In this document: one piece after another, positions 50,254-61,289 of the stretch | Layout of the letters: every line of letters begins with the position of its first letter | How positions within the stretch are numbered: position 1 is the stretch's first letter | DNA from: Lama glama | Lineage: Eukaryota | Direction of reading: 5' to 3' | Assembly: GCA_028534125.1 (NCBI GenBank) | Contig: CM052824.1 | Coordinates: forward strand, 39,432,001 to 39,496,000 | DNA length: 64,000 nucleotides | Made by a program: the position numbers and the translations under genes | The notes under the pieces: generated by a model | What the model saw: only the letters and a program-made list of their open reading frames with translations | What the model was told of the DNA's origin: nothing | The model's database searches: none

Positions 50254-53200
50254 AGCTGGGGGATGTGCTGTATCCCGGCATCTGATAAGCATAAGGCAGT
50301 AAAGCGACAGGGAGCAGGGGTGTGGGTAACAGAGAGCTGAGTTGAATAATGGTCCTCTAGTACCTGGAGCGTCTGTGTGGTGCTCTTCCTCCCAGTAGAG
50401 TGAATCCACAGCACACACGGGCCCTCTGAGGCTGGGCAGGGAAAGCTCCCTGAGTCGGCCCTGTGCTCCAGGGTTGGGTCATCTCCAGGCCTGACAGATG
50501 ACACAGTTGCCCTGTGTTCTGAGGCCCCCATGCCTGTGTGAATCGTGACTGCTTAGGCCTGGGGGAGCCATGACTGCCGTGAGACTCTTTACCCCAAAGC
50601 CTGCTGCTCTGACTCTCTTCCCGCTTTGTCTCCCATCCTTGGCATAATCACCAGAGCCATTCATGTGGCTTTGTCCTGATGTCTGTGACACAGCCTCCCC
50701 TTAAGTGTAGAATGTGGCTCCTGAGTGTGACTTTCATTCTCTCCTTACTCCCCACACTTAGCTGCAGATGCTGATCCTACCTCTCAGCCTGGCTGGTCCC
50801 CAAGCCTTAGCAGGCTGCTGGGCTCCAGCTTTGGCTTCGGGCACCCCTGAACCTTAGCCTTCTAACCCCAGCCACATCTTCCCAGTTGATGTCACTGATA
50901 AGCCCTGCTTTGCTTCCTGACACCCTGACTAGCCCCGCTGGTCTCCTTCTTCTTCGCCCCTCTTCCCCCAGAGGGGCTGGGTTTCTGTGCCCCCACACTG
51001 CGGACTGGGGTCCTACTCTGAATATGCTCATGTCCTGAAACCCTGGTTCTGAAATCTGTCTGCTCTGATCATCAAACTGGCCTAAAAACCTTGGTGTTGG
51101 GCTGGATCTTGCCTTTGGAGCAGCTCATCCTCCTGCCACAGTCCCAGCTTCCTGTCCTTTCCCATTGGCTTGTACCAGCAGTGATGTCTCAGCATGCCTG
51201 GCAACTGAGGCCATGGTGTGGGCCCCTGGGCTTGCCCACCTTGGGCAGGCACACAGACAATCCCAGCAGTCAGAGTTCAGAGGCGCTTGGCAGGTGCTAA
51301 GTTTAGGAGTGGGTCTGGGATCACTTGTGAGGCCAAGTGGTCCCCAAGCTTGGGAGGTCTATCAGAGTGCCCTGCCTCAGAGTATATTCTGCTCCATTGC
51401 ATGTTTCACAGTTGGAGACCCTGAAGGAAAAAAGAGAAATGGCTCACTTAAGGCCATGCGGCGGGTCTGAGTAGGGATCGAGCATCTATCTTGCTTCTGT
51501 TGGTCAGAGATCTCCCAGACCTTTTCTCCACCCAAGCCTGGACTCAACCCCTTCCCCCTCAGCACAGAACAAGTTGTTCTCTTGTCCCCCATCTGACCTC
51601 TCTTCTTTCCCTCCCTGAAGCTAGGGTCAGGGAGGTGGTCTCCAGGTATCAGAAGGTTTCCAAAGATAATAGCAACTGCACCTACCACTCATTCCTGCCT
51701 CTGCCTCACCCACTGCCAGCTGAGGGTCCGGGGAAGTGTCTTGACCCACAACAGTGTGCTGCCTGTGCGATTGTTGGGAGAAGCCCAAGGGACGGTGGAC
51801 AGGTGCCCCCCCCCCAGCTTTTCTTTTTCCTGTGCTGCTGCTCTTTGTCCTGCCCATCCTGGGATGGATGCGAACGGGCATGTGGGGGCTGGGCAGGCAG
51901 GGCCTTAGGCAAGTGACCAAAATCCAACCTAGACTTTTCAGGCAAGGAAGACCTTAGTGGTTCACGGAGCTGCTTCGGTGGCAGACATGGTCACCAGTGC
52001 TCTCTGTCTGTCTGCCTCACACCTCTGTGTGTCTCTCTGCGGTAGCTCCAGCACATGTGTCTCTTCTGCACATGTGTTTCTTCTCTGCACATGTGTTTCT
52101 TCCACATGGAGGAAAAGACGGCTGCGGAGAGTTCTCAAGTCTGATATGTTACAGGAATGACTCTGATCCTTGGTTTCTGAATCCAAAAGTCCCAGAGAAG
52201 AGACACACAGGCCCAGGTACCTGTCCCTTGACTAGTAGATAGTGTCTGGGGAAGAGTGTTAGGAGAGACACGGCCGCTTCTGCAGAGGCCTGTGGATGGG
52301 GCCCCAGTACTCAGAGAAGGCAGACATCACAGGGGAAACAGCATGACGATGCCTCTCGGGCAGGACACGAGTTTGCACATGGGCGGAGCCCTCTCTGTCA
52401 TGGTGATTTCTTCGTAGAAATGTGCTGGCCTTAGAAATGGAACTGGGGTGAGGATGATGAGGGGGATTCCGGGGACCTTGGCACTCAAGTGCATGTTAGA
52501 GGGGGCCCAGGTAGCTAGCGTCCTGGAAGGAGCACAGCTGTGGAGCCGGAGACCCAGGCTTGGCACTAGCTTCCCTACCCCCACAAGTGACTGGCCTCTT
52601 TGGGCTTGATCTCCTTCTCTAAGGAGATGTGACCTTCCCTGGCCTCACCTCACCAACCTGTGGCTACAAGTGAAATCACATTGGCCTTAATGCCCCACTT
52701 TTTCTGCCTCATAGCTCCCCGTGTCCAGGACCCAGACTTCTACCTACTCGGAGAGTTCCCAGGACGTCTCACGTGTGCTCGTAGTCTCTGATTTCATGAC
52801 TGGTCCTGCCCTGCAAGGCACGGAAGGGCTACAAGGCCCTGGAAAGAGCCCTCACTCCATGCCCAGTGCTGTCCCAGTGCCCTCACACCTGCACACAGAC
52901 TGCACGCCAGGTGACATCAGGTTTCCCTCAGTCCTCACTGGGCTGGAGTCACTGGGAGTTCCATGAACTGAGGAGAAGATTCCTCTCCCCAAGGCCGTGT
53001 GGCTTGTGTGCCTTCGCTCACATGACCCCCAGGAAAGAAAGCTCCTCTGCCCACAGCTCCTCTTCCCTCTCACTGAGGTTCCGACCCAGTCCCAGGAGAA
53101 AGGGAAAGGTGGTCTCGCTCTGGTCTCTTTCTCCAGGAGTCTCCTGTATACTCCGCCTTGTGCATCGGGGCTGGGGACACGGTGTGCTGTCCTTTCAATG

Positions 53201-55104
53201 AATCAGACACAACCTGACTCTGAATCCTGGCTTAGCCTTCTCTGGAAACCCCTTCTTCACCGGAATAGCAATTCCCTTTTAGAAAGGTTGGTGTGCTGGC
53301 TGAAGGAGACATGTGATAGGTGCTCAGCCAGTGCTACTTACTGTTCCTCAATCCAGGATTCATCGGCCTCCTTTTGGGAGGATGAGGGGTGTAGCACCTC
53401 TTATTTGTGTAGCTGCTTGGGAGCCAGGGCAGCAGGCCCACGGAGGGCCAGGAAGGCCCGGCCGGATGAAGCCAGTGTACTTCCAGCCTTAGCAACTCTT
53501 CTGTGGTCCTTTGGGGTGAGCGGCCTGGGTCTCAAAGTGATGGAATCAAAGATCCTCCTGGTTGTTAGCTGTGTCGGAGTTTGGGGTGATTCTGGCTAGG
53601 ACCTCAGGCTTAGGAGGAGAGCGAGCGAACGTACATTTTGAGCGTCCCGAAAGCCCTTGTTTCACCTGGACTCCCTCCTGCAGCGTGCCTCCCACACCGG
53701 AACCCCCTGCAGTGGTCCTGCGGCAGCCCGGTGGATGGCCGCTCAGTCTGCTAGGATGTTTCAGAAAGCAGGTCCATCAAATAGGAAAAACGCGTGCTCT
53801 GTGTTCATAGATATCTCCTGTGCTGGAGGGCTAGGGGATAAATAATAACTGCATAAAGATAGGGTGGAGAGAGCTGGTTTAAAGATAGTCTCAGAAATAA
53901 CCTTGGGGAATGTGGGGACAGGGACTCTGTGAGGCGGGTCAGGGAAGGGGCTAGGCTAGAGGCACAGAGAACTCACTGGGGGATGTTTGGGATCTTCACT
54001 GTCCCTCAACCCTCCCCCTGTTCCCTGGGAAAGGTCTTCAGAGAAGGGTCTGGCTGGATCATAGAGTCCCCAGCAAAAGTCGGGACCAGGTCATTGACCC
54101 ACAAAGAAATCATGCAGAGGTGGTGTCCTTGGGGACCAGGCACGATAAAGGATCCACTGGAAGCTGCTCCAGGAGCATTGAAGCTGATGGCTTCCCAGAG
54201 ACGGCTCGCATACTCAAGGAGCCTCCCAGAGCTGCCCTTTGCCCTGGGACCTGAGACAGGGAGGTGGCCGCCATGATCTGCTGTGTGTCCATTCAGCCTT
54301 CATTTTCCACGAAGAGACACCTGAACTCCAGAATCAGTCATGTGCACACACGGAGGCACACCACCCACACCTGCAGCGCCCTCCTGCACACGCACACTGG
54401 GCGCATGCACGGGCCCTGACAGAGGCACTCGCTTCCTTCCCATCTTCAGCCACCCACATCCCAGAGGCTTCATCCCCTCCTCCCCTGCCCTCACTGCCCC
54501 ACCCCCCAGCGGCCCCACCCCTGAGAAAGTACAGCTCAGGGGTCCCCAGGGCTGAACAGGAAATGCTTTGCACACTCTGGGTCAGCCAGGCTATTTTCTG
54601 TCCCAGAACTGGAGGGAGGTTGGGCCGGGAACAGCCAGGCACGACAGGGTCAGCTGTTTTCTGCCTCTTCCTGTGGCTGTTTCTCTACCTCTGTAGTTTG
54701 CGGTCAGTGTGTCTCTGTCTCTCAATGGCTCTGTCCTGTCGCTGTACTTCTGTTTCAGGCCTCAGGGTCTTTTTGACCCGATGCCCTTTGATGCCTTTCA
54801 CTCGGCTGTTGCCTACACAGCCTTCAAAATTCAGCTCAGTGCCACCTCTTCTAGAATACTTTCCCTGACTCCTGTCCAGTCTGGACCCTTTGCTCCCAGA
54901 GGTCTGCGCAGATGCTCTCAGAGCACTGGACTGTGTGGATGAGTTGGTCTCTGCCCCGCGCTGGACCGTGAGAAGCGTGGGCACAGGAACTCTGTCTTCA
55001 TGACCTGGTTTCTTGGCATCTGCACACACAGACATCCCTGTACAGGCACATCCACGTGCACTTTGCACACGTGCTCTTTTATTTGTTCACTCACGAGCTG
55101 GGGG

Positions 55105-55340
55105 ACAGGATGTACAGTAGTTAAGAGCACAGACTGGAGTCAGCCCATCTGAATGAAAATCTCAGCTGTGTGACCTTGGGCAAGTTAGTTAGAATCTTTG
55201 TGTCTCAGTTCCCTAGACTGTAAGATGGGGGTGAGACTAGCCCCTGCCTCATGAGTTGTTGGGAAGATGAAATGAGTTGATACATGTAGCACTAAGCATA
55301 GTACCTGGCTTATAGCATGTGCTTCCAAATGTTAGCTACA
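55105..55340 (+). mobile_element. MIR SINE
   Basis: gtagttaagagcacagactggagtcag...tgtgtgaccttgggcaagttag. Similar MIR cores occur near 8.0, 8.5, 20.2, 29.2, 30.3, 32.5, 34.5, 44.7, 49.1 and 49.8 kb. Confidence 0.75.
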
Positions 55341-55640
55341 GTATTATTTCACTTGTGGTAAGATGAAGAAAATTGATGATTTATTATCACTTCTCTGAAG
55401 GAGAATGTCTCAGGGCGAATACTGTATCTATCTGAAAGGAATAGTTGGTAGCGTGTGAGCCTTCTTGTCAAGGGATATACCTTGTATAACAACAAATGGT
55501 TGCTAAACTACCTTTTATGGAGGGTGGATTTGGGCAGACTGCAAGGTTTTTGTTCAGCTGGGTGAACTGTGCAAGTTTGGGGCCAGAACGGAATTGGAGA
55601 TAGGAGAGTCTGGGCGTGGCCAGGGGCAAGGGCAAGAGAG

Positions 55641-56319
55641 TGCATTAGTGTCCTATGCTCCTGAAACAAATGACCATAGCTTAGAGGTCTAAAACAACAC
55701 TAGTGTATTTTTAGGGTCCTGGGGATCAGAAATCTAAAACAGGTCTCTTTGGGCCAAAATCAAGGTATCATCAGGCTGTGTTCCTCTCTGGAGGCTCCAG
55801 GGGAGAATCCATTTCATTGCCTTTTCCAGCTTCCAGGGGCCACCTCCATTCCTTGACACGTGAACTCCTTTCTCCTTGTCCCATCTTTAAAGCCAGCTCG
55901 AGTCCATCTCGCATCGCATCACTCTGACCTCTCACCTCTGGCTTCCTCTTCCGCATATTACAACCCCCCACCTTGATAATCCAGGATAATACCCCATCTT
56001 AATGTACCAGGAGCCTTAATTCCATGTGCAACTTTAATTCTGCTTTGCCATGTATCCTGACAGAATCACAAGTTTGGGGAGGGGGAGGGTGTAGCTCAAG
56101 TGGTAGAGTGTGTGATTAGCATGCACGAGGTCCTGGGTTCAATCCCCAGTACTTCCTCTAAAAATAATAAACAAACAAACAAATAAATAAATAAATCACC
56201 TCCCTCTCACAAAAAATGAAACAAACAAAAAAGAATTAATAAAAAAAAAACTAAGCTTGGGGATTAGAACGTGAACATCTTGCCATGGGGCTGGGGCGGA
56301 GGCATCATTCTGGTTACCA
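55641..56319 (-). mobile_element. MaLR (MLT1C-like) solo LTR, split by a SINE
   Basis: ctggaggctccaggggagaatccatttc...gataatccaggataat...ggattagaacgtgaacatctt...cattctg. Confidence 0.85.
56081..56250 (+). mobile_element. tRNA-Ala-derived SINE (Vic-1-like) inserted in a MaLR LTR
   Basis: GGGGGAGGGTGTAGCTCAAGTGGTAGAG...GGTTCAATCCCCAG head and A-rich tail; TSD aag(t/c)ttgggga at 56070-56080 and 56253-56263. Confidence 0.9.
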
Positions 56320-56554
56320 TCAAGGACCACTGGTGTGGTAGAAAGGAGACTGGAAATAATCTGCCTGATGGATATTTGGAAGATCTTGCTGTGGGGTGTG
56401 CATGTCTTCTTTACAGAATCTTCAGCAGTCTGATTTTATGTGGAATGTATTTTCTTTGTGATAAGTGTGAAGACATGCAGACTCTTGCTTCAAAGGTTGA
56501 CACAAGGAAGAACTCCAGGCTTCCCACGACAGAAAGAGTTGCAAGTTGAGTTAC

Positions 56555-56880
56555 AGATTCATTCACTCAACCTGTATGTGCCAGGCTAGGCTTATAGGCT
56601 CATAGCCCTCAAGTCATTCACGATCTGTTGGGGGATATAGGTGTACAGACAGGTAAGATCACTCTAGGGTAGGAAGATCAGTGATGAGGTCTCCTTAGAG
56701 AGCACAGAGGATGCATCAACTTAGCCTGGAGAGAGGAGCATCCAGGAAGACTTCCCTGGGGAGGTGACACCTCATCTGAGGTTGGAAGGAGGAGTAGAAA
56801 TTCACCAGGTGAAGAGGGGAAAGTATATTCTAGGCAGCCTGGACTGTCAGGGCAAAGGCATGGAGACAGAAGTTGAGAGC
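56555..56880 (-). mobile_element. L2 LINE 3' fragment
   Basis: attcattcactcaa...tgtgccaggc...caggaagacttccctggggaggtgacacct...ggcaaaggcatggag. Confidence 0.7.
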
Positions 56881-56892
56881 CAGCACCAGGAG

Positions 56893-56894
<2 letters not shown>

Positions 56895-56928
<34 letters not shown>
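56895..56928. repeat. (GT)17 microsatellite
   Basis: Read directly. Confidence 0.95.
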
Positions 56929-56930
<2 letters not shown>

Positions 56931-57136
56931 CTTTGAGCACAGTTCCTGGCACACTGGTGGCACTCAGGAAATATTTCTGGAGTAAATACTTCAGTGTTAA
57001 TGCTGTCCTATCTCTGTTTCTAGGTAGGTCATGGCCTTGCCAGACATAACCAAATATTAGACACCTCCTTTTGGGGAAGGCCCCCAGAGTTGCCATGACC
57101 TACCTGCAAAGTCTTTTTCAGGGTTTCTCATTAAGA

Positions 57137-57636
57137 NNNNNNNNNNNNNNNNNNNNNNNNNNNNNNNNNNNNNNNNNNNNNNNNNNNNNNNNNNNNNNNN
57201 NNNNNNNNNNNNNNNNNNNNNNNNNNNNNNNNNNNNNNNNNNNNNNNNNNNNNNNNNNNNNNNNNNNNNNNNNNNNNNNNNNNNNNNNNNNNNNNNNNNN
57301 NNNNNNNNNNNNNNNNNNNNNNNNNNNNNNNNNNNNNNNNNNNNNNNNNNNNNNNNNNNNNNNNNNNNNNNNNNNNNNNNNNNNNNNNNNNNNNNNNNNN
57401 NNNNNNNNNNNNNNNNNNNNNNNNNNNNNNNNNNNNNNNNNNNNNNNNNNNNNNNNNNNNNNNNNNNNNNNNNNNNNNNNNNNNNNNNNNNNNNNNNNNN
57501 NNNNNNNNNNNNNNNNNNNNNNNNNNNNNNNNNNNNNNNNNNNNNNNNNNNNNNNNNNNNNNNNNNNNNNNNNNNNNNNNNNNNNNNNNNNNNNNNNNNN
57601 NNNNNNNNNNNNNNNNNNNNNNNNNNNNNNNNNNNN
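57137..57636. other. Assembly gap, exactly 500 N
   Basis: N run counted. Confidence 0.95.
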
Positions 57637-59149
57637 GTCACCATCATGCCACTGGGCTCTAACCGTCCTGGGTCTTGGGTACTCTTGAATACTCTTAAAT
57701 ACACAGTGGCCTCCTGGAGGGTTCTGGGTAGAAACATCTGACTGACTGAATTTAAGTCATGGACCCCCAAACCCTGCTTGCTAGTTTCTAGGGACAAGGT
57801 TTTATCTCCTCATTTCAGCTTTCTTGATAGGAGGTAGACCCTGTCCTCAATTTATCTTAGGACACTCTCCCCATTGGGAGGGGGCTCCAATGCCTGTTCT
57901 GAGACAGCTGCCAACCCCAGAGAAGATACTTCTCTTATCGGCCCGAGTCTCTGTCCCATTTCCCCGACCCCTGCCCCAGGCTCAGGGATGTAGCTTCCCT
58001 CCCTCTCTTTTTGTGACACTTCCCTGCCTTCCATGCAGTATTTTGGAGCTCTCGTCTCTTACATTGGCTGTGGATTGGGTAGGTCTCCCAGCTCTCTGCT
58101 TCTTCATATTCTGTGAATAAGCTTGTGGACTTTACTCTTTTGAAAGGGCTTCCTGCTGAGCCCTGTCAGAATCTCTGAGTTCAGTTCAGTTAAACTCTGT
58201 AGACCTTAATGAACCCATTTCCCTTGTTCAGAAAATGCTTACTCTGTGTGAGAGTTTCCTGAGTTTCAGTATTGGGGATGCATAGTCCAGGCCCTCAGAG
58301 AATTCGTGGTCCAGTGGGGGAGACCTAGAAAACCAGACTGCCCAAATCCTTAGTTCAGGTTTCTCTTTTCAAAGCCTTGCAGGTGTTGAAAAGCCTGGGT
58401 CACCTTCAATTTTTGAGGCTCTCATTGTATTAAATAGTAAAGAATTTTATTGACAGAGTTAGAAAAATTATGACATGTTTAAAATAAGTGAATATTGAAT
58501 ACTCTTTAATACACATGCAAAAACCGGTTTGTATGGATAACCTCATTTACAAATAATGTCAAAACTCCCATTGACGTCGCTGCTGGGTTGGTCGAGGTCT
58601 TGATCTTGGTCTGTCCCGTCGTTATCTCTAGTCCAGGTATGACGTACCCTGCTGTCATTGCCTCAGTCCTTCTGGAATCCTCTCTAGAGCCAATCCTGAG
58701 AAGCCGTCCTGGGCTTCCTGCCTTACTGTGTTCTGTTCTCTGCAGGGAACAACTACTGTAAGGCTGAGAATGGGCCTTCCTGTGGCTAAAACGTGGCCTG
58801 TGCATCTGTGATCCTAACCTAATACGTGGGCATCTCGTCTTGGGAAGCCTTATGGGCCTGTGCAAGGGCTTGGCTTCTTGTGCCTGCCCTTCGTTCCCCC
58901 TTATAGGAATCCACCCTCCCTCCACCCTCGGGTTTCTGTTTCTAGTTTTAGAGTTCCTCTGGGTCACAGCCAAGCGGGACTGATGGCCGTTCTGAGCTCA
59001 GGGCATGACCTAGGTAATCAGGTCCTCCTACACCCTCAGGTTCTCTGTGATACATTGCTGAGCTGTCTCCTCGCCTGTGGAGGTGGGTGGAGCAGGGGAT
59101 ATACAGTTAACAAAGACCCCAAACGTACAGACGCAGGAATAAACTTAGT

Positions 59150-59525
59150 CTCCAGCAGGGAAGGCAGTTTAGTTGCATTAAATGCTCAGATTTATCAGAT
59201 GAAAAATAAATCCAATTTATGGAAGCTGGGAGTGGCTAATATGCTGGATAACAGAGTCCAGATTTAAGAGGATGTTTCTTGTCGGTTGGAGTAATGGGCT
59301 GAAGTGGATGTGACGGCATTTCGCTGGTGCAGATGACAGATGTGTCATTTTTAATTCCCCAAATTCCCAATTACTTAAGGTCATGCTTAGTAATAGCTTA
59401 GTGGCAGCCTACGTTTGTAAAAGGCTTGGCAGTTTTAGCTGGAAAGCTTTCCAATTATTTTTTATCAGACTCGCATGACCTTGATTATAAAACATCTCCA
59501 TATGGTGCACAAAGAAGCTAAGGAA
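59150..59525 (+). mobile_element. L3/CR1 LINE fragment (5' part)
   Basis: aagctgggagtggctaatatgctggataacagagtccagatttaa...ttggagtaatgggctgaa resembles CR1 RT sequence downstream of FADD. Confidence 0.65.
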
Positions 59526-60203
59526 CCATTTTACTTAAAGCTTTTACTTGAAGTGTAGGCAAAGTGAGAATACACGACAGAAGATGACAGTGATGACAGA
59601 AGGCTGCCCGAACACTTGATCAAATAGGCAATATTTTTTTGTGGGAAAATATGAGTTACCAAGATAGATTCATGAAGAAGAAAATTTGGTTAGAAAAACA
59701 ATCACTGGGTGACAGGGAAAATATTTTTAAAGAATGACATAGGAAAGGCATTGAGGCCAATTGGCTTCAGAGGCAAGTTTGTTTAAACCTCAGGGAATCA
59801 TCCTATTAAAGCAACTGCAGAGCAGATGGTCTACTTGAATTGGTCATTGACCTGGGTAAAGAATTTCAGGCTGAAAATCACTTTACTCAGAATTTGGAAG
59901 GCATTGGTCCATTGTCTTGTGACTTCCAGTACCTTTGCAAAGTGTGTTGCCACTTGATTGTTGAGATTGTGTATAGGGCTATGGTCTCTGTCTGGAAATG
60001 TGTATGCTCCTCTCTTAGTCTCCAGTATTCTGAACATTTTCCCGAGTGTGAACCTACATTGTTCATTGATATGGGCACTCAGCAGCCCTCTCAATGCAGA
60101 ATTTTCTCTGATTACTTCCATTCCTATTTTTTCTGTTCCCCTTTCTGGAACTCCTGTAGTTGGATCGCCTGGTCTGGTCCTCTAACTAAAAAAAAATCTT
60201 TTC

Positions 60204-60715
60204 CCTTTTTTTTTTTTTAATTGAAATATAGTCAGTTTGCAATGTGTTAATCTCTGGTGTACAGCATAGTGATTCAGTTGTACATGTACATATATTCCTT
60301 TTCTTATTTTTCACTATAGTCTATTACAAGGTATTGAATATAGTTCCCTGTGCTATACAGTAGGACCTTGTTGTTTATCTATTTTATGTATAGTAATTAG
60401 TATCTGTAAATCCGGAACTCCCAGTTTATCCCTTTCCACCCTCTTCCCTCCCTGGTAACCATAAGTTTGTTTTCTATGTCTGTGAGTCTCTTTGTTTTGT
60501 AAATAAGTTCATTTGTGTTTTTTTTTTTTTTGGAGGGAAGAGAATTAGGTTTAGTTATTTATTTTTTGGAGGAGGTACTGGGGATTGAACCCAGGACCCT
60601 GTGCATGCTAAGCATGCATTCTACCACTTGAGCTATACCTTCCCCCCAGTTTGTGTCATTTTTAAAGATTCCACATATAATGATATCATACGGTACTTTT
60701 CTTTCTCTTTCTGGC
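60204..60715 (-). mobile_element. LINE-1 3'-end fragment (similar to the 35-36 kb copy), interrupted by a SINE
   Basis: Shares attgaatatagttccctgtgctatacagta with 35305-35334; TSD aaaaaaaaat(c/a)ttttc at 60188-60203 and 60716-60731. Confidence 0.87.
60519..60647 (-). mobile_element. tRNA-Ala-derived SINE (Vic-1-like) inserted in an L1 3' end
   Basis: Reverse complement of the same head, poly-T at left, flanking tttgtgt repeat. Confidence 0.9.
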
Positions 60716-61289
60716 AAAAAAAAATATTTTCTAATGTCTTTATCTTGGTCTTTTATTCTGTTTTCTGGGGTGGTTGCCTAGTTATCTTCCAAACTCTTTA
60801 CTGAAGTTTTCAATTCTACTATCATGTTTTTACTTTGCAAGAACTTGGTTTTGTTGCTGTTCTCTGCATGTTTCCTCCTTGGAGGATCATCTTTTTCTCG
60901 TGGATGCAATACTCTTATCTTCCTGAAGAAAGCAGTGATGGTTTTTTTCAAAGTCTTCTTCTCCGTACATAATCCTATTTATTTCCTCTAGAAAACATTA
61001 TTCTGTTTGTTTCAGACTCTTTCATATAAGATGCTTTCCTTGATGCCTGGCATCCTTGCCGTGTGCTCATATGTAAGAGGGTCACTAAAAAGCTGCTCTG
61101 AGTGAGTGGATGGGTCTTTCTGACTGTGATCTTCCTTGAGTGGCTGTCTAGCTGTCTGTTTCCTTGGGGAACCCCTAGTGCTCTTATTTGAGGTCTTTCC
61201 TTTTGGGTCTGTCAGATTCCACTGAGAAGACTCTTCCAAACACCTGCCTGGAGAATATACACTTGGCTTCCAAGAGTCTCAAGAAAAGT

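Larger units (their letters stand above)
59850..61280 (-). mobile_element. Ancient L1/HAL1 ORF1-region fragment
   Basis: ORF 59831-60121(-) LEVTRQWTNAFQILS resembles L1 ORF1p LEARRQWxxxFKxL. Confidence 0.65.

Noticed and set aside
52997-54868. 200-aa and 209-aa intergenic ORFs
   Set aside because: Non-ATG starts, no homology recognised; the second runs into L2-like sequence.
56081-56160. tRNA-Ala(AGC) gene-like sequences (also at 13573, 41510, 60570-60647, 61457, 63468)
   Set aside because: Each has stem mismatches, most have an A-rich tail and TSD, and they are dispersed inside other repeats; they are SINE heads, not tRNA genes.
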